Below, piece by piece: positions 36,600 through 46,499 of a stretch of DNA of 64,000 bases (position 1 is the stretch's first letter; the number at the start of each line of letters is the position of its first letter). A model generated the notes under the pieces. That model had not been told where the DNA came from. It did not search any database and worked only from the letters and a program-made list of their open reading frames with translations. The stretch is from an uncultured virus (IMG/VR IMGVR_UViG_3300035696_002405) (lineage: Duplodnaviria; Heunggongvirae; Uroviricota; Caudoviricetes). The position numbers and the translations under genes are program-made. Where the stretch lies: the IMG/VR virus record IMGVR_UViG_3300035696_002405. One strand, written 5' to 3'.

Positions 36600-38429
36600 T
36601 TAGATGATCGCCCAAGCCGTCCCCGTGTAGAGGACGGTGATGGAGCCGAACGGACCGACGTTCGACGCCATCATCGTGAAGGTCGGAACGCCGTCGATGT
36701 TTTTGCCGCTGCCGTTGATGACGAAGTTCTGAGGTTTTCCGAGCGAGCCGTCCTCGTCTTTCCAGACGACGACGTCGCCCGGAGTCGGCGCCGGGTTGAG
36801 GAAGCCGTTGCGCGTCGCAGTGAGACCGTTGAACCCCTCGTAGATGAGTCCATGCGGATGCGGCTGCGCGGCGACCGTGATGTCAGCGTCCGTCGTCGAG
36901 GTCGGGAAGTATTGGACCGTGTTGTTGTTCGACGGACCGTTCGCGTTGCCGTTGAGCGTGACTACCTCGGCGGCGTTCGGCGCGTAGTCGGCCCAGACGA
37001 ACCATGCACCGGCGGCCACGTCGTACTGGAACGCGGTCGACCCGTGTGAGCCCGGGTACATCGTGTTCATCGGGAACGTCGCAAGCGTGCCTTCCGCCGA
37101 GATGATGTTCTTGCCGTTGCCGACGACGTTGAAGGTCTGGGCCCCAAGTGACCCGTCCTCGTCCGTCACGACGACGACTTCGCCGTCCGCCGGAGCTGCC
37201 GGCAGGAGCACCTGGCGCGTCGCCGAGAGGTTCCGCACGCCGACGTAGTACCAGCCTTGCGAAGTCGGAATGACGACGTTCACGTTGTTCGCGTCGAGCG
37301 TGAGCGAGGCCCAGAGGTTCGCGTTCGACGGCCCGTTCACGTTGCCGATCAGCGTGACGACGAAGGGGATGGACCCCGGCGGCGTCGCGACCCAGTGACC
37401 GGCCGTGAAGACCGGAATGTCACCGACGAGAGGCGCGCCCATCGAGGCTGGATCGAGCGGGACATTCTCCCACGCGACGACCTTCGTCGCCCCGGCGTCC
37501 GTGAGCGTCACGTCGCCGGTCGGCGTGATCGCGAACCACTCTCCGAGACCCGCGTTGAAGATCGGGATCGCCGCGTCCGTCGGCGCCGCGAACGAATTCA
37601 CGCCGACGCGGTTGAGCGGGACATTCGACCACTTGATGACGGTGTTCGCGCTCGAGGGCCCGATGACGTCGCCGTTCAAGATGACGACGCCGCCGGCCGT
37701 GGCCATCACCGAGTACGTGATCGCCGTGAGGGTGGTCGAGAAGTTGAGGGTGCTCGCGTTCGCGACGGACACGAAGTATCGCATCGCGGCCGGGAGTACG
37801 AGGCCCCTGAAGACCGATGCGATCGTCTGGTCCCGGCCAGAGAGCGTCGCCTGCTTCACGATGGCCTGCACAGTGTTGGGACCGCAGTCTGCCGTGACCG
37901 TGACCGTCGCCCCGGGCAGATTCGTCTGATCGATGGCGACGTCCATGAACTGCGCGTACCCGGCAAAGACCGGGAGCGACCCTGACCCGCCGACCGGCAG
38001 CGGGATGACGCCGCCGAAGTTCGCGTCCGGAGCCGTGTCGAACGTGTTCACGCCTGCGAGAGTCACCGTGACGGGCTGCCGCGCGGGGACCGCTGGCGAC
38101 GGCACGATCGTCGAGAGGTCGATCGCCGTGATGACGTACGACGTGCCTCCGGCGTCGACCTCCTCCGACTCCGAGCTTCCAGCACCAATCGACTGGAATT
38201 CGACGAGCACCCCATTCAGCGTCCCTTGCTGCTGCGCTTGCGCGACGCGCGTCCTGAACCCTCCGACGACTGCGTAGAGCGCGAGACCAATGGGACCTCC
38301 GCCGCCGAACTGACCGCCCTGGAAGTAGACGGAGATGTTGTCGAGAGGATTGCCCGGAGCGATGGTCACGACGTCGGTCTCCATCCCGACGACGGGGGTG
38401 ACAGATCCGGTGCTGAAAGTGACTGCCAT
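36600..38429 (-). CDS. Fibre-like structural protein with duplicated C-terminal domain
   Basis: ATG 38429; three LxG(D/N)xxGPSxxN motifs; two copies of PAxPxxGxVVVxxDEDGSLG..GxGKNI..GAW. Confidence 0.75.
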   Translation of the reverse strand: MAVTFSTGSVTPVVGMETDVVTIAPGNPLDNISVYFQGGQFGGGGPIGLALYAVVGGFRTRVAQAQQQGTLNGVLVEFQSIGAGSSESEEVDAGGTSYVITAIDLSTIVPSPAVPARQPVTVTLAGVNTFDTAPDANFGGVIPLPVGGSGSLPVFAGYAQFMDVAIDQTNLPGATVTVTADCGPNTVQAIVKQATLSGRDQTIASVFRGLVLPAAMRYFVSVANASTLNFSTTLTAITYSVMATAGGVVILNGDVIGPSSANTVIKWSNVPLNRVGVNSFAAPTDAAIPIFNAGLGEWFAITPTGDVTLTDAGATKVVAWENVPLDPASMGAPLVGDIPVFTAGHWVATPPGSIPFVVTLIGNVNGPSNANLWASLTLDANNVNVVIPTSQGWYYVGVRNLSATRQVLLPAAPADGEVVVVTDEDGSLGAQTFNVVGNGKNIISAEGTLATFPMNTMYPGSHGSTAFQYDVAAGAWFVWADYAPNAAEVVTLNGNANGPSNNNTVQYFPTSTTDADITVAAQPHPHGLIYEGFNGLTATRNGFLNPAPTPGDVVVWKDEDGSLGKPQNFVINGSGKNIDGVPTFTMMASNVGPFGSITVLYTGTAWAII

Positions 38430-38551
38430 GATGTGCGTTCTCCGTTGGAATCGGCGGCGGCCCACTCAAACGAATGGGCCGCGGTCAAAGGGCCAAGGGA
38501 GACGTGCTCACACACCTATTGCGGCGACGTCTGCCTGCTACTGTATCGGGT

Positions 38552-38860
38552 CTACTTCGTCGCTCTTGCCTCGTTCATCGCTCTTGGGTCATGGAGGGAA
38601 ACCTTCGGGTGCGCCACGCCGTTCGGCGCCGCGTCACGCGGCTCGATGGACGGGTCTCCGTCACCGGGGCCGGTCCAGGACCTCGTCCAGAGGACCAACC
38701 TGACGGGCCACGATAGCGCAGCCACGATGGCCATGGCCCATGCCTCCCGGGAACCCCGAGTGACGCCGCACGCCGTGCGCTCGCGCGTCTGGCGGCCGTG
38801 GAGGGCGATCGCCGAGAGCGCAGAGATGAAGAGGTAGATGATGATGAGCTTCAGGAACAT
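38552..38860 (-). CDS. Small two-helix membrane protein
   Basis: ATG 38860 (MFLKLIIIYLFISALSAIAL); second hydrophobic segment AMAIVAALSWP. Confidence 0.6.
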   Translation of the reverse strand: MFLKLIIIYLFISALSAIALHGRQTRERTACGVTRGSREAWAMAIVAALSWPVRLVLWTRSWTGPGDGDPSIEPRDAAPNGVAHPKVSLHDPRAMNEARATK

Positions 38861-38896
38861 GGCGACCTGCCTTCCCTGGGCCGGTGAGCTGCATCC

Positions 38897-38906
38897 ATGA
38901 TACCAC
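38897..38906 (-). promoter_or_regulatory. Extended -10-like box GTGGTATCAT
   Basis: Intergenic; upstream of the spike gene cluster. Confidence 0.55.
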
Positions 38907-38912
38907 CCTGGC

Positions 38913-40958
38913 TCATCTAAAGTCTCCGGCGTAATAGCCTGTCCGCGGCGGGGGTTGCTGCAGCGGCTGCGCGACCGGTCTGCAGATTCCGCCGCTGAGA
39001 TCGTCGCGCCAGTATCCGTGGGGACACCCGAGAGCTGGGAAGCTCCAATCCGGAGGCCCGGACGGCGGTGGCGGAGCAGTCTGACCGACGCGCGACTGCG
39101 CGCCACCGGCGCCCATGGGAAAGCACCAATTGGACGGCGAGCCCTTTCTCGTCTCCATCCCTGGCGGGCAATCGAAATCGCGGGTCGTGCATACCCATTG
39201 TCCGCGCTCGTCGATCACGCCTGCGAGGCAAGAAGCCTTGCCGCGGAATGCGCACGCGATATGTGCGTCAGTCGCGACGGCCTCAAAACCTGGCGGACAT
39301 TCGAAACCCACAAGCTCGTCCCGAGAGAGACCGTAGCGCGGATAGAGTACGCCTACGACGAAGGACTCGAGGTCACCGTGTACGGAGAAATGACCGCTCG
39401 TCCTCGTGGTAGACCCGCCCTGCGTGCTCGCGACGTGGCCGATGCCCATGCCGAGTAAAGCGATGTTGATGATCCGCGGATCGGCGAACGTCGCGTAGGC
39501 CTGGAGGATCTTCGCGATGCCCGCGAGGGCTGTCATGTCGAGGTACCTGCCCGCGAGGTACCCCTGGATGAAGACGTGCCCCGCGGTGCCTGGTGAGCCG
39601 CCGGCCTGACCTTTCGGGCCCGCGAGCATCGAAGCGATCGCCTCTACCTCCGGGATGCCGAGTGTCTTGTAGCTGCCGGCCTTCTTGGCGACGTCTTGCC
39701 AGATCTGAGCGAAGTCGAGCTTCTTCTGCTGGCCGGCTTGAACCGCTTTGCTGATCGCCGTCACCGTGCCCCCGAGCGCCTGCATCGCCGCTGGCGGGAT
39801 CTGAACCCCGGCAGCTCCCGCACCCTTGCCCACCGCGCTTATGGCGGCCTGCGCGATAGCGGGCCCGAGATTCGCGAGCGCCGCCCCGAAATCTCCGGCG
39901 TGCAGAGCCGTGTCCGTCGCGTTAATGGCCGCAACGACGAACGGCGTCGCGATCCCGAGCGGCACGCCAATGATGGCTCCGACGCCGGTCACGTCGAGAA
40001 CCGCGGAGACGAGGGCGAGGATCGCACCTGTGATGCTGCCTATCACGCCGGTCCCGGCGACGTCTTTGTCCCACTGGAACTGCTCGTTCGTCCAATCACC
40101 CGCGCTCCCCGAGTCCATGTCGCTGATCCACGGGTAGCGCTGCTTGAGCGCCTGCTTCTGGGCCTTCGTCACCCAGCCGGGGTTCTCGCGTTCGACTGCG
40201 ATCTTCTTCGGGTCGTCCGTCTCACGCGTGTGGACGTCGTCCATGCCTGCGGCCTTGCCCGCGTCGCTAGAATCGCCCATGCCCCACGCCCACCACCGGG
40301 TGTTCGACGGATTCAGCGCCGCCGGAACACTGGGTCCCGGGTAGGTGATGCGCTTCATCTTGTCGTTGTCGTAGTAATAGATGACGACCGGGTACTTGTC
40401 GTACGTGGACTTCGGGAGAGGCCCGAGCTTACGGCGGTGGGCGATCGCGGCCTGCACCGCCGTGTCCAGGTCTTTCCAGGTCATCCCCGTGCCATGGCAC
40501 TGCCAGACCTTGTTCTTCGGATCCTCATACGCGGAGATGAGCGCGAGCGGGTCGTGGTCTTCCTTCGTCTTGACTCCGAAGCAGCGCTTGACCGCCTCAT
40601 TGTCCGACCAGTAGCGGAGCGGGTCGTCATGGTAGTAGTCGTAGAGGACCGCGCGCGCCTGGTCGCGCTTGCTTGCCCTGGGGTCGAAGCTCACGATGAC
40701 ATCGGCGGGGCGCGGGGGCTGCGACCATCCGACCACGTAGCCGCCCGGCAGGCGCTGCGACGTCGGTGCGGGCCGCTTGCGCAGCTCCGTGAGGACGTAC
40801 TCGGTGACGACGGCCTCGACCTCGAGGCAGATGCGATACCAGACCTCGGGATGCACGTTCATCGGGTAGCCGCCGAAGGCCCAGTCATAGGAGCCACCGT
40901 CCCACGCGCCGATGGGATCATCTCCCCAACACTCACCCCAGGTATCGGCACCGAGCAT
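38913..40958 (-). CDS. Large protein with hydrophobic Ala/Gly-rich hairpin and Cys-rich C-terminus
   Basis: 681 aa; long apolar stretch GVIGSITGAILALVSAVL..GAIIGVPLGIATPFVV; CPPG/CPHG motifs. Confidence 0.75.
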   Translation of the reverse strand: MLGADTWGECWGDDPIGAWDGGSYDWAFGGYPMNVHPEVWYRICLEVEAVVTEYVLTELRKRPAPTSQRLPGGYVVGWSQPPRPADVIVSFDPRASKRDQARAVLYDYYHDDPLRYWSDNEAVKRCFGVKTKEDHDPLALISAYEDPKNKVWQCHGTGMTWKDLDTAVQAAIAHRRKLGPLPKSTYDKYPVVIYYYDNDKMKRITYPGPSVPAALNPSNTRWWAWGMGDSSDAGKAAGMDDVHTRETDDPKKIAVERENPGWVTKAQKQALKQRYPWISDMDSGSAGDWTNEQFQWDKDVAGTGVIGSITGAILALVSAVLDVTGVGAIIGVPLGIATPFVVAAINATDTALHAGDFGAALANLGPAIAQAAISAVGKGAGAAGVQIPPAAMQALGGTVTAISKAVQAGQQKKLDFAQIWQDVAKKAGSYKTLGIPEVEAIASMLAGPKGQAGGSPGTAGHVFIQGYLAGRYLDMTALAGIAKILQAYATFADPRIINIALLGMGIGHVASTQGGSTTRTSGHFSVHGDLESFVVGVLYPRYGLSRDELVGFECPPGFEAVATDAHIACAFRGKASCLAGVIDERGQWVCTTRDFDCPPGMETRKGSPSNWCFPMGAGGAQSRVGQTAPPPPSGPPDWSFPALGCPHGYWRDDLSGGICRPVAQPLQQPPPRTGYYAGDFR

Positions 40959-40961
40959 CGC

Positions 40962-41483
40962 TCACCATCCCATCCGGATTCCGCAGAGAGCCGAGGCATC
41001 CCGCGCGTAGATCTTCCCGACGCCATAGGTGAGAGCGATGCGTGCGTCGGAATCGAGCTTGCCGGTCGGGACTTGGCCGAAGCGCTGCTGGAGCGAGCGG
41101 ATCGCCTCCGTCGTCGCCTTGTCCATCGTGCCGGTCTCCGCGAGCGCGGGCCGCGCGCCCAGCATGTTGAGGTCCCTCTGGAGCGTGAGCACGTCGAGGG
41201 GCGTCGCGAGCGCTGCCATCGCCTTGCCAACCTCGTCCGAAACCATAAGGCCCTCGATGTCTCCACGCTCCGCAAGAGGGCGCACGTGATCGAGCGTCGC
41301 AGCGGCATGTGCGATCGCCATGAGATGGTTCACGTACCAACTGACCGAATCATCATGGAGCTGTTGCATCTCGGCGCGCACGAGCGAGGCCCCGCGAGGT
41401 TTGGGAAGACCCCGGCGCTGACCGCTCGCACGTTCGAAGAGCCAGAAGAGAGCCGCCCCGGCGAAGATGTAGAGAAGAGGCAT
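40962..41483 (-). CDS. Membrane-anchored peptidoglycan-binding protein, paralog of 15440..15985
   Basis: LQRDLNMLGA..TGTMDKATTEAIRSLQQRFGQVPTGKLD. Confidence 0.75.
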   Translation of the reverse strand: MPLLYIFAGAALFWLFERASGQRRGLPKPRGASLVRAEMQQLHDDSVSWYVNHLMAIAHAAATLDHVRPLAERGDIEGLMVSDEVGKAMAALATPLDVLTLQRDLNMLGARPALAETGTMDKATTEAIRSLQQRFGQVPTGKLDSDARIALTYGVGKIYARDASALCGIRMGW

Positions 41484-41486
41484 CGC

Positions 41487-41747
41487 TCAGTAACCTTCCG
41501 AATCGAACACTGCGAGGAAAAACGGAATGGGTTCATAGACGTCGCTGGACACGTCGAGATACGGATACCATTCGCAACCGAACGCCGCGGGCGGAGGCGC
41601 AGGGTAGAACGGGATCGGATACGAAAGGGTGTCCGTAATGTCGACCCATGCTCCGGGCATGTAGTCGACGTCAGAACCGCTCCACGCCCACGCGGCCGGC
41701 GGCCACGGGTAGTCTTCTGGGATCTGCGGGTAGTACCACCAGGGCAT
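41487..41747 (-). CDS. Small Tyr/Trp/Pro-rich acidic protein
   Basis: ATG 41747 immediately after the upstream stop. Confidence 0.5.
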   Translation of the reverse strand: MPWWYYPQIPEDYPWPPAAWAWSGSDVDYMPGAWVDITDTLSYPIPFYPAPPPAAFGCEWYPYLDVSSDVYEPIPFFLAVFDSEGY

Positions 41748-41748
41748 C

Positions 41749-43374
41749 TCACCACCATCCCATGTAGTCGACCGGACCCGGGACCTCCGTGAAGTCGAAA
41801 GGCACCGGCTCGAGTGACTCGGTGAAGTCCATGAAGCGATAGGGCCTCCAAGAGAACTGCGGCCACATCGGCCAGCCGGCTGCAAAGTGGCCGCTCGTCG
41901 TCGCGGGGGCAGGCGGCGCTGCCGGCGCGCTGAAGGGTTGCGGTTTACCGGGTGGCACCGACGCGCGCATCTCGGCGGCTTCTTTGGCGGTGAGCTTCAG
42001 ACCCGATTTCCGGCCCGCGTCGTTGATCGCGTAGATGATCGTCCCATCTTCAAAGACGTATTTGGACTTGAGGCACGGCGATATCATGTCATGACGCTTC
42101 GAGCAGTCGTGCGAGAGGATCCTCCCGTAAGGACCCTTACCGTCCTGCTCGAGGGCCTTCACATCATCCTCGCTGTGGCCGTAGAGCGACCCGGGATCAA
42201 AGGCACCGACGAAATAGCCGGTCTTCGTAGCGCCCTGAGGTGCCTTCGCTTTCACGGCCGCGGCCGCGAGCGGGAAGCTCGCCTTCTCGAGCGCTGCGGC
42301 GAGCTGCACGAGGACACGGCTATTCGACTCGCTGTCGATCGCGTGCTGAATGATGTCCTGCGCCGGGGACCCGAGCGACGCCGTCTCCGCCTTCCAGTCA
42401 CCGGCGGCTGGCGCATCCACGCCCACGTAGGACTGGGGGCCGTAGGGCGGCGGACCATATTGAGCCGGAGCGCCGTGCTGCATCGGATGGGAGACTTGGC
42501 CGCGCAGGCTCTGGAGCGTGCGCGCGTCGGGCATGCCCGTCTGAGGGAGTCCGACCTGCTTTTGGTAGTTCTTGATCGCCTTGATGAGCGCGTCGGTGAT
42601 CGCCCCGTCGGCGCGGATGGTGATCCTGATCCCTTGTCCGGCGAGAATCGCGTTCAGACGCGAAGCCGCTTCGCGCGCCATCTGGGAGGTGACCGCGGGC
42701 GGCGGCGGTCTTTTCGCAAGCTCTTCGGGCGACGGCGCAGGCTGGTATGTCACCGGTTCCCTCCGGAGAGCAGGCGGCTGCGCTGGGTGATAGATCCTCT
42801 GGACCTCGGGACGCGCCTTCGGGAGCGGAGCCGCGCGCCTCATCTGCGGAGCGGGCCTACGCTCTACCCGCGAAGGAACCTGAACTTCAGGCGTCTGCCT
42901 GCGCAAAAGCTCGAGCGTTCGCTGATCGATCATCCCTGTTGCGGGCAGACCGAGAATGTCCTGCACGAACGCCATCGCGCGCGCGGTGTCTTGGCCCAGG
43001 ATGCCGTCGACGGCGAGCGGCAAATGCAGATCCGGCGGCAATCCCGGCTTTCCGAGCGTCTTGAGCTTGTCCGAGAGAAGCTGGAGGTTCAACGCGTTGA
43101 GACGCGCCTGCGCTTCCCGCACGGCGTCCGCTCCAGCCATCGGCGGCGTGCCCGGCGGGAGAGCCCTCCTCTCGGGCGGCGGCTCTGCACCTTCGCGCTC
43201 CTCGGACGGCGGAGGCTCGCCCTCGGCGCCCTCCTCGGGCTTGCCGCGCCCCACGATCTTGTCGAACCACGACTCGCCGGGCTCGGAGAAGACATAGTCG
43301 ACGATGAAGGCGCCGACTGCCGTTCCTGCGAGGCCGAGCACGACGACGCCGGCGGTGGAGTCGCTCGCCATCAT
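41749..43374 (-). CDS. Membrane-anchored protein with two peptidoglycan-binding domains
   Basis: ATG 43374 (ATGA overlap); TM; VDGILGQDT..GLPATG and ADGAIT..YQKQVGLPQTG; ETD-like helical domain. Confidence 0.8.
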   Translation of the reverse strand: MMASDSTAGVVVLGLAGTAVGAFIVDYVFSEPGESWFDKIVGRGKPEEGAEGEPPPSEEREGAEPPPERRALPPGTPPMAGADAVREAQARLNALNLQLLSDKLKTLGKPGLPPDLHLPLAVDGILGQDTARAMAFVQDILGLPATGMIDQRTLELLRRQTPEVQVPSRVERRPAPQMRRAAPLPKARPEVQRIYHPAQPPALRREPVTYQPAPSPEELAKRPPPPAVTSQMAREAASRLNAILAGQGIRITIRADGAITDALIKAIKNYQKQVGLPQTGMPDARTLQSLRGQVSHPMQHGAPAQYGPPPYGPQSYVGVDAPAAGDWKAETASLGSPAQDIIQHAIDSESNSRVLVQLAAALEKASFPLAAAAVKAKAPQGATKTGYFVGAFDPGSLYGHSEDDVKALEQDGKGPYGRILSHDCSKRHDMISPCLKSKYVFEDGTIIYAINDAGRKSGLKLTAKEAAEMRASVPPGKPQPFSAPAAPPAPATTSGHFAAGWPMWPQFSWRPYRFMDFTESLEPVPFDFTEVPGPVDYMGWW

Positions 43375-43916
43375 TGCTCCCAGTCGTAGCCGACGCGGGG
43401 GCCGGGATGAGCGTACCCGGGGTGACCGGGATGACCGGGATGACCGGGATGACCGAGGTGTCGTCCACCCCAGTAGCCGGGGTGCATGTCCGGATGCCAC
43501 TCACGGGCGCGGAGGAACCTCGCGTTCGGCCGGTAAGGCTCGTGCGCACGAAAGTATCGCCCTGGATGGTAATAGGGGACGGGGACGACGTAGTAGTCGA
43601 GGCCGGGCACGCCTGCCGGGACCGTCGTCGGCTGCGTGATGATCGGCAGGGCCTCTTGCCTGCCCGCCGGAAGTCCGCGTCGCCCGCCGCGACGTCCTTC
43701 CCCGCGCTCTTCCCCACCAAAGATCCCGCGATAAAGGGAGCTTGCGATCGAGTCCTCGCCCTCGACGAGGTAATCGACGAGGAGCGCGCCGCCGCCAAGC
43801 CCAGCGATCCAGTACGGCGCAGGCAGGCGCTTGGCCTTCGCGAGGAGGCCGGACAAGAAGCCGCTACGGCTGCCGCGCGCCCTCGGTGTGACCTCGTCGT
43901 CGTCGTCCAGTGCCAT
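43371..43916 (-). CDS. Membrane protein with (GHP)n tail
   Basis: YWIAGLGGGALLV; GHPGHPGHPGHPG; AAGGAG RBS. Confidence 0.7.
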   Translation of the reverse strand: MALDDDDEVTPRARGSRSGFLSGLLAKAKRLPAPYWIAGLGGGALLVDYLVEGEDSIASSLYRGIFGGEERGEGRRGGRRGLPAGRQEALPIITQPTTVPAGVPGLDYYVVPVPYYHPGRYFRAHEPYRPNARFLRAREWHPDMHPGYWGGRHLGHPGHPGHPGHPGYAHPGPRVGYDWEQ

Positions 43917-43960
43917 TCATCGACTCCTTTTGAATACCAATGAATCCCAACCGATGAACC

Positions 43961-44248
43961 TCAGTGCTCCGACCACGGGTACGAAAGCGACGGCCTGTAG
44001 AGCGGCCAAGGAGCGAGACCCACACGGTGATGGGTCTCCGAGGTCCAGCGCTTGAAACCGTGTGCGGCGAGCGCCACGGCCGCCCCGGCTGCGGCGCCCC
44101 AGGCCGCGCCGGCCGGAACGCCACCGTCCCCTGGGCCACGGGCCCAGGAAACGATCGCTCCGACCGCGGCCCCGAAAGCCGCGCTCCGAAGAAGACGCGG
44201 CCCGCGCTCGAGATCGCGGTGGAGCGCGGCGAGACCTGCCGCGGTCAC
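43961..44248 (-). CDS. Small glycine-zipper membrane protein
   Basis: AAFGAAVGAIV and GAAWGAAAGAAV. Confidence 0.55.
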   Translation of the reverse strand: MTAAGLAALHRDLERGPRLLRSAAFGAAVGAIVSWARGPGDGGVPAGAAWGAAAGAAVALAAHGFKRWTSETHHRVGLAPWPLYRPSLSYPWSEH

Positions 44249-44254
44249 TGGGAT

Positions 44255-44857
44255 TTACTCCCAGCCGTATCGGTGATGCCCCGTGCGCTGGCGCTGAGCC
44301 GCGTGCGCGTACTGCGCCATCGGGTCTGCGACGGCCCAGGGACCGTACGGAGACATACCCCTGTTCCAGCCCGCCTGGAGGTTCGCCCCAGTGAACTGCA
44401 TCGGGAAGCCGTAGGGCAGATGCGCCGAGTGCGCCGCTGCTTCGGCTTCGGCGGCCTCGGCCTCGGCCTCGGCGCCGGTGAACTGCATCGGCCAGCCGTA
44501 GGGAAGCTGCTGCTCGGGCGCGTCGAACCCTGCGTGATAACCCACCTTCGGGGGCACCACGGCGGGGACGAGGGGCGGCGGGACCACGGGCGGCGGAGGC
44601 GGCAGCGCCTTCGGCGCACCCGAGATCTTGTCCCAGGTCTTCGAGATGACGCTCATCCCCTTCGGGGCGATGAGGTGCTCGATCACGAGCACGCCGCCGG
44701 CAGCGACGAGCACGGTCTGGAGCGTTCCCATCTTCTCGAAGCGGGACTCGAGGCCCGCGAGGAAGCCCTTCGCGCGCTTTCCGTTGACGCGCTCGAGCCA
44801 CGGGGGCCGGCGGGCCGGCGGGGGCGGCAGGTGTTCGGTGATGTCGTCGAGTGCCAT
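44255..44857 (-). CDS. Membrane protein with internal repeat
   Basis: TM; LPYGxPMQFTGA twice. Confidence 0.7.
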   Translation of the reverse strand: MALDDITEHLPPPPARRPPWLERVNGKRAKGFLAGLESRFEKMGTLQTVLVAAGGVLVIEHLIAPKGMSVISKTWDKISGAPKALPPPPPVVPPPLVPAVVPPKVGYHAGFDAPEQQLPYGWPMQFTGAEAEAEAAEAEAAAHSAHLPYGFPMQFTGANLQAGWNRGMSPYGPWAVADPMAQYAHAAQRQRTGHHRYGWE

Positions 44858-44917
44858 GGTTCCTCTCTTCTGGTGACCGCTCCCTGGGGAGCCTCACGTC
44901 CGTGATCTTGGTGAATG

Positions 44918-45190
44918 TTACTCTGTTTCGTTGCCAAATGGTTGCTGCTCTTGCCAGGGACGGTATCGATGGCTCCCCCTGCCGCGGCCTCCGCGTCCAC
45001 CCAGACCGACCCTGTGGTCCTCGGAACGCATCGAGCCCATGAAGACGCCCAGGAAGACGCCCGCGCTCGCGCCCACGAGCGCGAAGAGGAGCGGGCTCTT
45101 CTTGCCCTCCTTGCTCGAGCCGTAGACCGCGCCCGCGGCTGCGCCGAAGAGCGGCATCACGATCCCGGGGCTCTCCCTGAAGCCGGCCAT
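44918..45190 (-). CDS. Small two-helix membrane protein
   Basis: TGATG overlap with the upstream gene; glycine-zipper helices; RGG tail. Confidence 0.65.
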   Translation of the reverse strand: MAGFRESPGIVMPLFGAAAGAVYGSSKEGKKSPLLFALVGASAGVFLGVFMGSMRSEDHRVGLGGRGGRGRGSHRYRPWQEQQPFGNETE

Positions 45191-45723
45191 CACCAACCTC
45201 TTTCGTGATGATCGTGCCAGCGCTCATCCCAGCCGACCATCGTTCCTGCAGGAATCGAGACCTTCACGATCCCTTTTCCGTAGTAGCGAAGGTACAGCTC
45301 GAGACCGAGGACTCCGAAAAAGGTGCTCCCGATGGCCGCAGGCTCCGAGAGCCCGTAACCACGAAGGCCCTTGTAACCGAGTGCTGCGGCCACGAACTTG
45401 AAGGCCACGGTGAACGCCTGATCGAAATCCGGACTGATGAAAGCCTTGTCCGGTCGCTTCAAGGGCTTGAGGGCATCCCTCGCGTAGAGGTAGTAGGCAG
45501 AGATCCCGAGCGCGAGATCGCCCCAAGGCGGAAGCTCGATCAAACCACCCCACTTGCCGGGCGGAAGCTCGTGACGACGAACGCGGGTGGACGAATCCTT
45601 TTCGGCCTCTCGCAGGAACTCCCCGCGCGCCTCCTTGAACTCGGGACCCGTGCCGTGCTTTTCGCTCAACTCGAGCATCTTGCGCGCATAGATCCCGGGG
45701 TCGATGTCCGCTGTCCGCGCCAT
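45190..45723 (-). CDS. Multi-pass membrane protein
   Basis: Three hydrophobic segments; ends VGWDERWHDHHERGW. Confidence 0.7.
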   Translation of the reverse strand: MARTADIDPGIYARKMLELSEKHGTGPEFKEARGEFLREAEKDSSTRVRRHELPPGKWGGLIELPPWGDLALGISAYYLYARDALKPLKRPDKAFISPDFDQAFTVAFKFVAAALGYKGLRGYGLSEPAAIGSTFFGVLGLELYLRYYGKGIVKVSIPAGTMVGWDERWHDHHERGW

Positions 45724-45732
45724 CTATCAGCC

Positions 45733-46134
45733 CTAACCCTCCCAGCCCTGCTCACCCCAGCCATGGTGGTGATGATGCTCGTGCTCGCGCTCGTGACCCC
45801 AGCGGCCGTGACCCCAATCGCCCCAGCCTGTCGCAGTCTTGCCGCCGAGGAGCGGCGGGCCGCCCTTCTTCGCCATCGTCTCGGTGCCGAAGATCCCGAC
45901 GCCAACGGCTCCGAGCGACATCCAACTCGAGAGGCCGAGCTTGCGGAGGCCGTCGAACGCCATGTAGCCGAGGAGGAACTTCGCGACGGGTCCCGCGGCA
46001 GTCGTCACCTCGGGGGAGAAGCGGAATGCCTCGCGACCCAGTCCGAGTTCGCCGATCTTGCCGGTCGCGAGCATGTAGTAGCCGAGCGCGCCGGCCGCGA
46101 CTTGCACGGTGCTCTTGGTTTTGTAGTCGAACAT
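45733..46134 (-). CDS. Membrane protein with His-rich tail
   Basis: GGAG RBS before ATG 46134; TGWGDWG..HHHHH. Confidence 0.7.
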   Translation of the reverse strand: MFDYKTKSTVQVAAGALGYYMLATGKIGELGLGREAFRFSPEVTTAAGPVAKFLLGYMAFDGLRKLGLSSWMSLGAVGVGIFGTETMAKKGGPPLLGGKTATGWGDWGHGRWGHEREHEHHHHHGWGEQGWEG

Positions 46135-46136
46135 GA

Positions 46137-46490
46137 TCAGCTCCATCCTGCGAGGTGTCTCTTGGGCATCGGGAAAGGTGCGAGCGAGAAGAGGGGTTCG
46201 CCGGCCTTGCGCCTCACCGCGTTGAACACGAGGAGCGCGCCGAGGCCACCACCGACGTACTTGCCCCAGGTGGGATTCAAGCGGTAGGTGCCCCAGACCG
46301 CGAGGCCGAGGCCGGAGAGCGTGAGCGCGCCGCCGATCGCCGTAGCGTGGCGATGCTGAAAGTCGTCGTGGACTCCTGCGCTGACGTTCTCGTGGTAGTC
46401 GGCAATCGTCTTCGCGCCCACGTACCAGAGGCCGACGCCCGTGGCGATGATCGCGTAGTCCGCGCCTTTTCTCGACATTCCTGTTGCCAT
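46137..46490 (-). CDS. Small three-helix membrane protein
   Basis: AGGAG RBS; three hydrophobic segments. Confidence 0.7.
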   Translation of the reverse strand: MATGMSRKGADYAIIATGVGLWYVGAKTIADYHENVSAGVHDDFQHRHATAIGGALTLSGLGLAVWGTYRLNPTWGKYVGGGLGALLVFNAVRRKAGEPLFSLAPFPMPKRHLAGWS

Positions 46491-46499
46491 TTTCTTCTC

